Positions 26,802-37,044 of a stretch of 53,315 nucleotides of DNA are shown here, piece after piece. The stretch spans positions 1 to 53,315 of the forward strand of contig CBDAFS010000045.1 in NCBI GenBank assembly GCA_965195285.1. The letters are read 5' to 3'. The notes under the pieces are model-generated. The model was not told the DNA's origin and ran no database searches. It saw only the letters and a program-made list of their open reading frames with translations. The stretch is from an uncultured Aminicenantes bacterium (lineage in GTDB: Bacteria > Acidobacteriota > Aminicenantia > UBA2199). The translations under genes were made by a program, and so were the position numbers. How positions within the stretch are numbered: position 1 is the first letter of the stretch; each line of letters begins with the position of its first letter.

Positions 26802-27338
26802 ATGAGGATGAAAAGCGGTAAAAAATTTATATTATTAAACCAAATTTTCTTGTTAAGTTTATCGATTATCATATTCAATAATTGTGGAAAAGGGAAAAAC
26901 GATGAGGATTTGATTTTGGAACTGGTAGAATCAATGGAAAAATTGATCGAAGACCAGTATACGGCCAGTATCCTCGATGTGTTAACCGAAAATTTCCGGG
27001 ATATGGAAGACCGTTCAAAGGATGACATGGAAACCGTATTGAACCAATATTTTGAAGAATTTTCCGGAATCGTGGTCAATATTCTGGCCACCCATTTCAA
27101 GGTTTTGAAACCGGCCCAGGCTGAAATCCAGACCGATGTATCGCTCTCCCACGGTGCCGCTAAAATGTTCAGAAAAATCGTTGCCTATTCAGGACAAACC
27201 TACCGCTTCACAATCAAGCTAAAGAAAACGGATCAGAAATGGAAGGTTTTTTATGCGGAATGGAGATATGTTTATCTCGAAGAACTGTTTCCCGAATCCA
27301 TAAAAATATTAAAAAAGTTGTTTCCCAAACTTCGATGA
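26802..27338 (+). CDS. Lipoprotein, NTF2-like fold
   Basis: Signal peptide ending NNC-G; alpha/beta pattern ending WKV..AEW. Confidence 0.6.
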   Translation: MRMKSGKKFILLNQIFLLSLSIIIFNNCGKGKNDEDLILELVESMEKLIEDQYTASILDVLTENFRDMEDRSKDDMETVLNQYFEEFSGIVVNILATHFKVLKPAQAEIQTDVSLSHGAAKMFRKIVAYSGQTYRFTIKLKKTDQKWKVFYAEWRYVYLEELFPESIKILKKLFPKLR

Positions 27339-28606
27339 TCAGAAAGAAGATTATTGCGAATAAAAGTTTTACTTGTTTGACAGTTTTTTTTGTTTTGTTG
27401 ATTGGATTGCACCTGCCTGCATTTTCGCAGAATTTTGATTACCGGAACGAGGAATCAGCTGCCATCAGCTGGAACGGGGTAATTCTGCATGATGCCCGGA
27501 TGATGTCCACCGGAGGTATTTCCCTCCTGTCAGCCGGTCCATTTTCCGCTATTGCCAATCCCGCCCTGCTGGCCAGGTATGATCATTTTATCCTGGGTGG
27601 CAGTCTGGAATTCATGTATTTCCAGGCCTTCCAATACTGGGGGGTCAACCAGGGGGTGTTGAATGCCTCCAATGGACTGGATGACAAAAATGTCCGTATC
27701 AGTGGTTTTTCAATCATAATACCGCTGAAATCCTTCCATCTGTCCATTGGCTGGTACCTATCGGACATCCTGGAATTTCCAGATTTTGACCAGGATGACC
27801 AGGCCTGGGGTTATTCCGGTGCATTCGAGGGAAAGGAGGATCGTTTTTTTATAGGTGTCGCGACTCAACTGGAAACCGGATTTCGGCTGGGGGCCAGAAT
27901 GGAATACGGCAGCGGTCAACGGTCTGTAGATATGATCGAACATTTTTACTTCGAAGGCGGTTACTACTCGATTATTGAACACCAAGAATCGCACCGGTCC
28001 CGGTCCATGAGCCTATCGGTGGGCCTGACGGTTTCCATTTCCCGGAAATGGGAATTGGGAGCGGTTTTTGATTATGCGTTTTATGGAAAGGTTGATAGAA
28101 GTGTGGACCGAATATTTGATAGTAATTTTCCCTCCCACTCGATCTACGATCACCAGAGCAGCCAGGACAACCACCATATTCCAGCCAAAATAAAACTGGC
28201 CACTTCCTATTTAATCTGGCAGAAAAAATCCATGAAAACGGACAAAAAAATAATTCTGGCTACCGAAGTCATGATGGTCTTCTGGTCTGCCTATGAATAC
28301 GAATTCTTTCAGGAAAAACTGGACCGCGATATGAGAGATACCCTGGTGGCAGCCCTGGGGATCGAATATGGCTGCCACGGAGAACGGTATGATTATTTTC
28401 TGAGGGCCGGATACCGGCTGGACCCGCAACCCCTGCTTGAGCCTGCCACCACCATTCATGTTTTTTGCGGCGGGGTGGGGGTACGCTGGAAACGTTTCAG
28501 CGGGGACCTGGGCATGGCCTTTTTTACCGGATCTATTGGAAATTATTCTCAGAGCCATTTTATTCTCAGTACCACCCTGGGTTATGACTTAAAAGGAGAA
28601 AAATAA
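27335..28606 (+). CDS. Outer-membrane beta-barrel (FadL/OmpP1-like)
   Basis: Likely start ATG 27335; ARMMSTGG, NPALL, LRAGY..DP.P, amphipathic strands. Confidence 0.7.
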   Translation: MIRKKIIANKSFTCLTVFFVLLIGLHLPAFSQNFDYRNEESAAISWNGVILHDARMMSTGGISLLSAGPFSAIANPALLARYDHFILGGSLEFMYFQAFQYWGVNQGVLNASNGLDDKNVRISGFSIIIPLKSFHLSIGWYLSDILEFPDFDQDDQAWGYSGAFEGKEDRFFIGVATQLETGFRLGARMEYGSGQRSVDMIEHFYFEGGYYSIIEHQESHRSRSMSLSVGLTVSISRKWELGAVFDYAFYGKVDRSVDRIFDSNFPSHSIYDHQSSQDNHHIPAKIKLATSYLIWQKKSMKTDKKIILATEVMMVFWSAYEYEFFQEKLDRDMRDTLVAALGIEYGCHGERYDYFLRAGYRLDPQPLLEPATTIHVFCGGVGVRWKRFSGDLGMAFFTGSIGNYSQSHFILSTTLGYDLKGEK

Positions 28607-29829
28607 TGGCCAGATCAATGAAAATACTGATTGGCAGTTTAATCGTACTGGGCTGCATCGGTTTGTTTTCCCAGTTGTCCGATGATCCAAACACATCGAC
28701 CGGGTCCCTGGTATCCATGAGCTTGGAAGATTACCGGGCCTATATCCAGCACCAACTGCCTTTGGATCGACTCTATATGATTGACAACGTTTGCTATTTC
28801 CTGGTCAAGCCCAATGAACTGATTACCCTGACCCGGTCCGGCATCTCTTTTCGTCAGCAGGCAATGGATCCATGTCCTTTAAAACCGGTAAAAACCACCG
28901 GGAGTATCGGTGATTATCACACATACACGGAAAGTGTGGAACTAATGGAGGATCTGGTCAGACAATTTCCCGATTTGGCCCAATTATCCAGTGCGGGACA
29001 ATCCATAGAAGGCCGTGAGATCTATGTGCTCAAAATCAGTGACAATGTATTATCCGAAGAGGCTGAACCGAATATTTTTATCAGTGGCTGTCATCATGCC
29101 AGGGAATGGATATCGGTTGAGATTCCGCTTTTGTTTGCCCGGTTTGTACTGGAGAATTACAGCAGCCATCAACAGTCACGTGATATCGTGGAGGGCGGCC
29201 AGCTTTATATCATGCCCATTCAAAACCCGGATGGCCTGGAATATTCCATACACACCTACCGCATGTGGCGCAAAAACCGCCGGTATAATGGTGGTTTGAG
29301 CTGGGGAGTGGATCCCAACCGAAATTACGGCTACCAGTGGGGATATGACAACATCGGTTCCAGCCCATATCCGGATGATGCGGTTTACCGGGGACCCTAT
29401 GCCTTTTCAGAACCCGAAACCCGGGCGGTCAGGGAATTTCTGCTGATTCATCCACCCTCGGGATCTTTAAATTTTCATAATTATTCCCAATTGATTTTAT
29501 ACCCTTGGGGATATACTGATACACCAACTACCGATGATACCGAAATGGAGGAGATAGCCCGGAGGATGGCGGAATTGATCTTTCAGGTGAATGGACGGGT
29601 TTATCAATATGGTGCGGGTGCCATTGCCATCTATCCCACCAACGGAGATACCGATGACTGGATTTACGGAACTTTCGGCAGTCCATCTTTTACGGTTGAA
29701 TTGCCACCCGAACTCTTCATTCAAGGAGGATTTTTCACCAGCCAGCAGATGATCGACTCGGCATTCAGCGAGATGTTACCGGCAATGCTCTATTTTTGCC
29801 AGTATACAATCGATAAATATCAACAATAA
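28606..29829 (+). CDS. M14 zinc carboxypeptidase (carboxypeptidase T-like)
   Basis: HHAREW, NPDG, WRKNRR, GVDPNRN, FSEPET, FH.YSQ, TVEL. Confidence 0.9.
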   Translation: MARSMKILIGSLIVLGCIGLFSQLSDDPNTSTGSLVSMSLEDYRAYIQHQLPLDRLYMIDNVCYFLVKPNELITLTRSGISFRQQAMDPCPLKPVKTTGSIGDYHTYTESVELMEDLVRQFPDLAQLSSAGQSIEGREIYVLKISDNVLSEEAEPNIFISGCHHAREWISVEIPLLFARFVLENYSSHQQSRDIVEGGQLYIMPIQNPDGLEYSIHTYRMWRKNRRYNGGLSWGVDPNRNYGYQWGYDNIGSSPYPDDAVYRGPYAFSEPETRAVREFLLIHPPSGSLNFHNYSQLILYPWGYTDTPTTDDTEMEEIARRMAELIFQVNGRVYQYGAGAIAIYPTNGDTDDWIYGTFGSPSFTVELPPELFIQGGFFTSQQMIDSAFSEMLPAMLYFCQYTIDKYQQ

Positions 29830-30040
29830 TAGTGGTTTTTAACCGGAATCTATTTATTATCATATATATTCTCTAATTAAAGAAAAGATCGTCGATTCTC
29901 GTCCATTTCTCGCACTCATGAGAGTTTTATTTAAAACATTGATGACTCTTAACAAATATAAAAAAGCTTGGTAGACAGAATATAGAAATTGAGAAGATAA
30001 GAAGTTCTGAAGATAAGAACAATATAAACTGGTTATTCAT

Positions 30041-30268
30041 GGTCATATGCAACCATAGGTTGCGTCATATGTTCACTTCGTGAACGTCATAAGATCGCAA
30101 AGCTCACGTCATAAAGATCCCCAGAAAACTGTAATGACAAGTTATGATAAGTTCTTAATGACAAGAATCAGAGAGTTATAATGACAAGCTACATAGAGCT
30201 TTAATGACAAACTCTAATTAGTTCTTACTGACAAGGCTACAGAGAGTTTTAGTGACAAGTACCAGAGA
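30041..30268. repeat. Bipartite periodic array: 4x GTCATA (22-bp period) then 6x TAATGACAA-like (23-24-bp period) with small hairpins between
   Basis: GTCATA at 30042/64/86/108; TA(A/C/G)TGACAA at 30132/156/179/202/226/250. Confidence 0.85.
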
Positions 30269-30432
30269 GATGGATTCAAATAATTAATTTAACTAGATAT
30301 ATTGGAATAAATGGAATAAAATATATGTTTATTATGTCGGATAAGATATATTATGTAAACCAGCTATTATAATTTGATATAAACATGTCCTCTTTTCAAT
30401 AATCGATGTGATTGAGTTTTATGTGAATTGCT

Positions 30433-31281
30433 TTATTTATTTTTAAATTCTTTTATTTTGTTTTCTTTTATATCTTCAATCAATTTTTGCAAAGCTTCGA
30501 TGACTTTATCCCGGTCGTACGCTTCGGATTTTATCTTGAAATTAATTTTTATTGTATTGTCTGATGTTACAAACTTATAATTAAACACTGGTTTTTTATC
30601 TTTGTTCTTATAAATTTCTTTTCGCTTCTCTTTTATTGCATCCCTTGAAAACGGTTTTTTGTCATACATCTTCAACATCTCTAACATATCCTCTCTGTTT
30701 TTCAGTTTGGAAAGTTCCAGAACGAATGTTTTCGAGGTAATATTCAATTCCAGACATCTCTTGACTACATCTGGTGGTAGTTCTGTGATACGGATTAGTT
30801 CGGTGACCGTAACCCTGGATTTTCCGATTTTCTGGGCAATATCCTGGTGGGTATAGCCATAAATATCATTCAGTGATTTTAATGAAAAGGCAGTTTCAAA
30901 CAGGTTCAGATCCTTGCGCTGGATGTTTTCAATGATGGTGATCTCCAGGGCTTCGTTGTCCGGAACCTCATGCTCGATACAGGGAATTTCGTTTAACCCT
31001 GCCAATTCTGCAGCCTTAAAGCGTCTTTCACCGGCGATAATTTCAAATTTTCCATCCCGGGTCCGAACAATGATGGGTTCAATGATACCCAATTCCTTTA
31101 TCGATTGGGCCAATCCCTCCAGATCCCCCAGATCCTTTCGGGGCTGAAGGATATTGGTGACAATCTTATCGATGGGAATATTCCGGATAATCGAGGTGCG
31201 GGTTCGGGTGGAAATTTCCTCTACAAAATGCATGTCATGCCTTGATTTGATAAATTCGGGTAATCCGACTTTTTTAGGCAT
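30433..31281 (-). CDS. parB: ParB/Spo0J family partition protein
   Basis: QPRK, GIIEPIIVR, IIAGERRFKA, ENIQRKDL, HTH. Confidence 0.92.
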   Translation of the reverse strand: MPKKVGLPEFIKSRHDMHFVEEISTRTRTSIIRNIPIDKIVTNILQPRKDLGDLEGLAQSIKELGIIEPIIVRTRDGKFEIIAGERRFKAAELAGLNEIPCIEHEVPDNEALEITIIENIQRKDLNLFETAFSLKSLNDIYGYTHQDIAQKIGKSRVTVTELIRITELPPDVVKRCLELNITSKTFVLELSKLKNREDMLEMLKMYDKKPFSRDAIKEKRKEIYKNKDKKPVFNYKFVTSDNTIKINFKIKSEAYDRDKVIEALQKLIEDIKENKIKEFKNK

Positions 31282-32029
31282 TTTTTAATATCTCCTCTGA
31301 TAAAAGTTGATACTCTTTGGCCCCTTTTGAATTCGGGGCAAAGGTAAAAATGGATTCCTTGTAGGCCGGGCTCTCTTCCAGCCTGACACTTTTTGAGATG
31401 ATGGTTTTAAAAACTTTTTTTCCAAATAGTTTACCTATATGTTCCTTGCTGTCCTTGGCAATGGTGGTGCGTTTGTCATACAATGTAATCAATACCCCCA
31501 GCAGCTTCAAGTTCGGATTGCTTCGGATTCTGACCTTTTCATAGGTTTCCAGCAGGTCGTCGGTTCCTTCCAGGGCGTAATAGCTCGACTGAATCGGTAT
31601 AATTAAATGGGTGGCAGCCACAAAGGAATTGATGGTAATCAGGCCCAGTGTCGGCGGAGTATCGATAATAATAAAATCATATTTATATTTAATAGCATCT
31701 ATTTTATCCTTGAGCCTGAAATGGCTATCGATTTCCCCTATCAATTTGGATTCCAGTTTGGCAAGGGAAATTGAGGCCGGAATTACGGATAAATTGATAA
31801 TGCCGGTATTCTGAATAACCTCTTCCAGAGGAACATCGGCGTTTTCCATTAGCTCATAAGCCGAGTTTTTGACATTTTGTAGATCAATAAACGAAACGGT
31901 TGAATTGGCCTGGGGATCCATATCCACCAGCAGGGTTTTGTAGCCTTGGAAGGCAAAAGCGGCGGCCAGATTTATGGAGGTGGTGGTTTTGCCGACTCCC
32001 CCTTTTTGATTGGCAATGGCTATGATCAT
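31274..32029 (-). CDS. parA: ParA/Soj ATPase
   Basis: NQKGGVGKTT, DMDPQAN, IDTPP; start ATG 32029 with AGGAG RBS. Confidence 0.93.
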   Translation of the reverse strand: MIIAIANQKGGVGKTTTSINLAAAFAFQGYKTLLVDMDPQANSTVSFIDLQNVKNSAYELMENADVPLEEVIQNTGIINLSVIPASISLAKLESKLIGEIDSHFRLKDKIDAIKYKYDFIIIDTPPTLGLITINSFVAATHLIIPIQSSYYALEGTDDLLETYEKVRIRSNPNLKLLGVLITLYDKRTTIAKDSKEHIGKLFGKKVFKTIISKSVRLEESPAYKESIFTFAPNSKGAKEYQLLSEEILKNA

Positions 32030-32164
32030 TCTTTTCTCCTGAGTAGATTTAGCAAGAAACAAGTCCTTTTTATTTAATAATATTATTTTATCAGGTTGTC
32101 AAGAAAATTAAAATAATAAATATAAAAAATGCGATATTTTTTCTGTTCGTTGTAATAAGAATTG

Positions 32165-32186
32165 CTATGTCGACATGTCGACATAG
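32165..32186. promoter_or_regulatory. Perfect 22-bp palindrome, candidate non-canonical parS/operator
   Basis: CTATGTCGACATGTCGACATAG about 135 bp upstream of parA. Confidence 0.6.
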
Positions 32187-32216
32187 TAGGGTCCCCCTAC
32201 CCGATTAAATCTGTAA

Positions 32217-32816
32217 TCAGAGAAAAAAGCGATATTCAATGATTTTTTTTAATTCAAAATAATGTTGAAAATAAACCACGTCATCCAATGTTTTAACATC
32301 ATTTGTTATATCCGATTTGATATATATATTGGCTATATTGGCTCTTTTAGATGCTTCAATATCGTAATGGCTATCCCCTATTGAAATGGTTTCTTCCGGA
32401 GAACAGGAAAGCACCTCCATCATATACAGAAATGCATCCGGATCAGGCTTCCATAACCTTGCCTCCCGGGTCACCACTCTATGGAACTCCAAATGGAATT
32501 TTTCAAGCAGATAATCGGTATTGGCTTTGTTGTTATTGGTGATGAGGACCAGCTTCAGTCCCTGCTGTTTTAAAAAGGTGACGAATTCGGGGATTCCCCG
32601 AATGGGTTGGGTCTTGAGGGTATTTTCCTTTTCATGCTTCTCCAGTAATTTTAAGCGTTGATGATCTACCTGTTGAACCTGGTAAATTTCTCTTAGAATA
32701 TTCCGATTCTCTAAATCCAGTTCCTTTTTAATATTGGACCAGTCCATATAGCTTTCAAAAATAGTCCCATCCATATCAAAAAAAGCAAGCCTGATCGCCA
32801 TGTTATCTCCCGACAT
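32217..32816 (-). CDS. HAD-family phosphatase
   Basis: FFDMDGTI, ITNN, KPDP, IGDS..D. Confidence 0.88.
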   Translation of the reverse strand: MSGDNMAIRLAFFDMDGTIFESYMDWSNIKKELDLENRNILREIYQVQQVDHQRLKLLEKHEKENTLKTQPIRGIPEFVTFLKQQGLKLVLITNNNKANTDYLLEKFHLEFHRVVTREARLWKPDPDAFLYMMEVLSCSPEETISIGDSHYDIEASKRANIANIYIKSDITNDVKTLDDVVYFQHYFELKKIIEYRFFL

Positions 32817-32918
32817 GAGGAAGAGGGTGTATAAAGGGAGATCGGGCCGTCACGGGGCTTTTAAGGACTTTTCCGGTAACTATTTCAGTTAAACTGGCAC
32901 AGTCCACATTCCATCCAT

Positions 32919-34250
32919 TCATTTTTTACTTATAGTTTTAAAAAAGATAGGAACGCCCTCCAGGTTAAATTCCTGCAGGATTCGCTTTTTAACATACATT
33001 TCGCTGGACGCTTTCAACCGAATCTGCGATTTCATATGGAAGCAGATAAAAAAAGGACGCCGGGATTCAATGCTGGCATATTTGGGATTGAATGTTTTAT
33101 TGTTTTCGGTAGTCAATTTTTTTTCAACCAAAATCTTTTGTATAATTCTGTTCAGCTGCGAGGTCTTGATCTCCGTATGAAAATAGATGTCGATGGCCTC
33201 GATTCGGTTGATCAGGGTGTGGATATTCTTTCCGGTTTTGGCTGAGACCAGAACCAGCGGGGCAAAATACAAAAAGTTGAACCGGCTTTTGATTTTTTTC
33301 AAAACCGCTTCCGGTGTCTTTTTGTTTTCCACCAGGTCCCATTTGTTTCCGACCAGGATAACCGGCTTAGCGGAATTTAGAATTTTACGGGCAATATACA
33401 GATCGTTTTGGTCAACCTTCCGGGACAGGTCAACCACAAATATGATCATATCGGCCTTTTTTATATCTTTGCCGGCCCGGATAACCGCTGCACTTTCGGT
33501 ATCTTCCCTGACTTTCTGCAGTTTGCGAATACCGGCATTGTCCACAAAAATGAATTTCTGCCCTTTGATTTTTATTTCCAGATCCACCGAATCCCGGGTG
33601 GTTCCCGGGATTGGGCTGACAATCACCCGTTGGTCATTCAGAATCCGGTTGATGATGGATGATTTTCCCACATTGGGCTTACCCACAATACTGATCCGGG
33701 TTTCCGCCAACGGGTATGGATCATATGCTACCGGGTTCTGTTGGTAATCGGAAAATCTGGCTTCTATCTTTCCGATTAGGATTTCGGTTCCCACGTTGTG
33801 TTCGGCCGATATTTCAATATAATCCAATTTCAAGGAGTAGTAGCCAGTAGGCATTATGAATTTTTCCGGGTTGTCCACCTTGTTCATCACCGGAAGGATA
33901 TGGTCCTGGATTTTCTTCAAATGAAGGTACAGATCCTTCTCATACCCCAACAATTCCCGCTTGCCATCAAATAAAAAAATCACCAGATCCGAATCCCGGG
34001 CGGCTTCCATTATTTTTTTATTGATCTCTTGGGTAATCATTTCGTCATTCACAAAGAATCCGCCCGAATCCTGCAGGGTATAGGGCCGGTCATCGATCTC
34101 AAAAGTCTTTTTGAAAATATCCCGGGTCATGCCTGGATCAGAATGGATCAGTGCCTTGCGCTTTCCGATCAAACGGTTGAACAGCGTGGACTTACCGGTG
34201 TTGGGAACACCGATTATGGTTATCAAGGGGTTGCGTTTGGTCATCCTCAA
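32919..34250 (-). CDS. der: Ribosome biogenesis GTPase Der (EngA)
   Basis: Two G domains (GVPNTGKST, GKPNVGKSS), TRD, NKVD/NKWD. Confidence 0.93.
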   Translation of the reverse strand: MRMTKRNPLITIIGVPNTGKSTLFNRLIGKRKALIHSDPGMTRDIFKKTFEIDDRPYTLQDSGGFFVNDEMITQEINKKIMEAARDSDLVIFLFDGKRELLGYEKDLYLHLKKIQDHILPVMNKVDNPEKFIMPTGYYSLKLDYIEISAEHNVGTEILIGKIEARFSDYQQNPVAYDPYPLAETRISIVGKPNVGKSSIINRILNDQRVIVSPIPGTTRDSVDLEIKIKGQKFIFVDNAGIRKLQKVREDTESAAVIRAGKDIKKADMIIFVVDLSRKVDQNDLYIARKILNSAKPVILVGNKWDLVENKKTPEAVLKKIKSRFNFLYFAPLVLVSAKTGKNIHTLINRIEAIDIYFHTEIKTSQLNRIIQKILVEKKLTTENNKTFNPKYASIESRRPFFICFHMKSQIRLKASSEMYVKKRILQEFNLEGVPIFFKTISKK

Positions 34251-34269
34251 TGGTTTTTTGGCGATCGCC

Positions 34270-34755
34270 TTACCGGGTGTATCTCACCATGGAAATGCAG
34301 TAACATTCAATACCGTCTCCCCTACCCACCGAATCCAGAGCTTCACGGGTCTTAGATTTTACATTGAAATCGGTTATCGGAATATTCAGGATACCCGCTA
34401 CATTTCTTTTTATGGCTTCTTTAAAGGGTGAAATCCGGGGGCGCTGGGCAATCAGAACACAATCAATATTGATGATCTCAACATGTTTTTGCTTTAACAA
34501 ATCCAGGATCTTTTTCAACAAAATCTGGCTGCTGATATTTTTATATGCCGGATCTGAATCCGGGAACATCTCTCCGATATCGGGTTCTCCAACAGCGCCC
34601 AGCAGTGAATCGATCAGGGCATGGATGAGCACATCTCCGTCTGAATGGGCGATAAAACCCAGGTCCGGGGCCACCTGGACACCGCCGATATGAAGTCCGG
34701 TGCCTTTATCCACCCTGTGAATATCATAACCGATTCCCGACCTGATCTTGAGCAT
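34270..34755 (-). CDS. ispF: 2-C-methyl-D-erythritol 2,4-cyclodiphosphate synthase
   Basis: GIGYDIH, HSDGDVLIHA..D..LGA, DIG..FPD. Confidence 0.95.
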   Translation of the reverse strand: MLKIRSGIGYDIHRVDKGTGLHIGGVQVAPDLGFIAHSDGDVLIHALIDSLLGAVGEPDIGEMFPDSDPAYKNISSQILLKKILDLLKQKHVEIINIDCVLIAQRPRISPFKEAIKRNVAGILNIPITDFNVKSKTREALDSVGRGDGIECYCISMVRYTR

Positions 34756-35735
34756 CAGGTTTTCTTGCCGAAAATCATTTTGCCGGAAGTGGATTGCAGG
34801 ACCGATGTGACTTCTATTTGGAGGGTTTGGCCTATGGCCGATTTTGCGTCATCCACAATCACCATGGTGCCATCTTCCAGGTAGGCTAATCCCTGATTTT
34901 TCTCTTTTCCCGCTTTGGTAATATGGACTTTTAAATGTTCTCCGGGATGGACAATGGGTTTCAGGGCAAAGGCCAGTTCATTGATGTTAAGGACCTTGAT
35001 GTCCTGGAGTTTGGCAATTTTACTCAGGTTAATATCATTGGTAATGATCTTAAAATTGTTTTCCTTGGCCATCAACACCAGTTTCTGGTCCACCTCTTTT
35101 ACCCCGGATATATTCTTGTTCAGGATAGTCACGGTCAACTGTTTGTTTTTTCTCAATTGTTCGATGATATCCAGGCCACGCTTGCCCCTGATTTTTTTAC
35201 TGGAATCATTGGAATCGGCAATCATCTGAAGTTCGGCTAATACAAACTGGGTGATAATGAGTTCCCCTTCAATGAAACCCGAATCCGTGACCTGGATAAT
35301 CCTGCCATCTATGATGGCGCTGGTATCCAAGAGAAAGGAATCGGTGAAAGCACTGCTGCCCCGGAAGAATTCTTTTATATTCATGGGGGCGAACAGGTTG
35401 GGTTTATGACTTCCGATAAACAATCCGGTTATGGGAAAACCGATCAGGAACAACGATTTGAAAAATACATGGGCCCCGAAAGCCACCGTGATCAGACTGA
35501 ATAACTCAAAAAGAATCCAGCCGATGAAAATACCCCCCAGCAGGCCGATTGATGCGCTCCATAAATCTTTCAGTTCGGTATTTTTAACCTTTATGGCTAA
35601 AACCGAAAGGGTCAGGGCAAAAAGAGCGCCCAAAATAGCACCGGTCATTTTCGAAGTGCCGGTAAAGGGCGGATAATTATAGCCGATCAGGCCAAATATG
35701 GATACAAAAATTAATTTATAAAAGTAAATAATCAT
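34755..35735 (-). CDS. Membrane PIN/TRAM-domain protein (YacL-like)
   Basis: 4 TMs, LDTSAIIDGRI, RGKRGLD, TND.NL, GKE..QG.AYLEDGTMV. Confidence 0.9.
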   Translation of the reverse strand: MIIYFYKLIFVSIFGLIGYNYPPFTGTSKMTGAILGALFALTLSVLAIKVKNTELKDLWSASIGLLGGIFIGWILFELFSLITVAFGAHVFFKSLFLIGFPITGLFIGSHKPNLFAPMNIKEFFRGSSAFTDSFLLDTSAIIDGRIIQVTDSGFIEGELIITQFVLAELQMIADSNDSSKKIRGKRGLDIIEQLRKNKQLTVTILNKNISGVKEVDQKLVLMAKENNFKIITNDINLSKIAKLQDIKVLNINELAFALKPIVHPGEHLKVHITKAGKEKNQGLAYLEDGTMVIVDDAKSAIGQTLQIEVTSVLQSTSGKMIFGKKT

Positions 35736-35833
35736 GGTTATCCCTCCATAAAATTGGTTTCTTTTATTTTAACAGATTTTAAAATAAATATCCAGTCGAT
35801 ATTGTTAAATATTAATTAAAGGTTTTGCGCCTT

Positions 35834-36553
35834 TCAACCTTTTTTTCCGGCAACGCGGGCAATGCCAATACTCAACAAATAAAGCAATATGGTGGGTATG
35901 GCAAAAATCGACTGATTGACAATGTCGGGGGTCGGAGTCAAAATAGCGGCAATGATGAAGATCAATACCACGGCATATTTAAAATATTTGATGAGAAATT
36001 TTGAGGTAACCAGTCCCAGCTTGGAAAGCAAATAAACCATGACCGGCAGTTCGAACATCAGGGCCATGCCCAGAAGCACCGTCAATATCAGAGAAAAGTA
36101 CTCCTTAATTTTAATCAGCTGCTGAAAATCCTGACCAAAACCCAGCAGGAACTTGCAGTACATGGGAAATACAATATAATAAGCGAAGGCCCCGCCAAGA
36201 AAAAAGAAGATAGTGGCCATTATGATAAATGGTAATACATATTTTTTCTCCTTGGCATACAGCCCGGGTGAGATAAAGAGCCACAGCTGATAAAATATGA
36301 AGGGAGAGCCCAGAAACAGGGCCGAGATAAAGGACATCTTGATGTACATCATGATGGGTTCGGTCAGGGAAGTATAGATGAGTTTGTCGTCCAGGTACTG
36401 TAGAATGGGAAGGGATAACCAGTTGTAAATATCTTCCCGGAAATGCCAGGAAACCAAAAAAAATATCAATAAAAAAAATACAGAATGAATAATCCGCTTG
36501 CGAAAGTCTCCCAGGTGTTCAAGGAATGACATTTCATTGGGAGTTTTTTTCAC
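35834..36553 (-). CDS. tatC: Twin-arginine translocase TatC
   Basis: MSFLEHL..FRKR, YQLW.FISPGLY..EK, FELP, TPTPD. Confidence 0.95.
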   Translation of the reverse strand: MKKTPNEMSFLEHLGDFRKRIIHSVFFLLIFFLVSWHFREDIYNWLSLPILQYLDDKLIYTSLTEPIMMYIKMSFISALFLGSPFIFYQLWLFISPGLYAKEKKYVLPFIIMATIFFFLGGAFAYYIVFPMYCKFLLGFGQDFQQLIKIKEYFSLILTVLLGMALMFELPVMVYLLSKLGLVTSKFLIKYFKYAVVLIFIIAAILTPTPDIVNQSIFAIPTILLYLLSIGIARVAGKKG

Positions 36554-36873
36554 TTTTTCTTTTTAGGCCTGGTGGTTTTGGTGGCTTGAGCTTTTTTTTT
36601 GGGTTCTGATAAGAAGCTATCTTCATCCAGATTAAGCTGAGTGGCAGATTTGATTTCATTCAGGTTCTGTTTGATTTCCTTTAGATCTTCGGTCACATTT
36701 AGATCTCCCAGTTCATCTTCAATGGTCGATTTGGCATCATTGACGGTTTTTTTGAATTCACGGATGGCCTTTCCTAAAAATTTGGCAAACTCCGGAAGTT
36801 TTTTTGGACCGAACAATAACAGGACTACCATAAAAATCAGCATCAATTCCGGGAAACCAATCGGGCCAAACAT
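36550..36873 (-). CDS. tatA: TatA/TatB family subunit
   Basis: IG.PEL..I..V.LLLFGPKKLPE. Confidence 0.85.
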   Translation of the reverse strand: MFGPIGFPELMLIFMVVLLLFGPKKLPEFAKFLGKAIREFKKTVNDAKSTIEDELGDLNVTEDLKEIKQNLNEIKSATQLNLDEDSFLSEPKKKAQATKTTRPKKKK

Positions 36874-37044
36874 TTAACCGCAGCCTGTCAGCCGGGAACG
36901 GACATCTCCTACCCGGATCACCGGTATCCATTTATGTAATAAGGGGGGATTCATTCTGTTTATCATCAGCTGAATGGTATCATAAAAGTTTTTGAAAATC
37001 AATCGACCTACTCACGCAGGAAACTACCTGATAAGACCTTGGTT

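Noticed and set aside
30069-30087. TGTTCAC-TTC-GTGAACG as canonical parS
   Set aside because: The 3-nt loop breaks parS geometry; better explained as one hairpin spacer of the array
30041-30268. Possible CRISPR array
   Set aside because: Constant part is only 6-10 bp and spacers about 14 bp, far too short; no cas genes nearby
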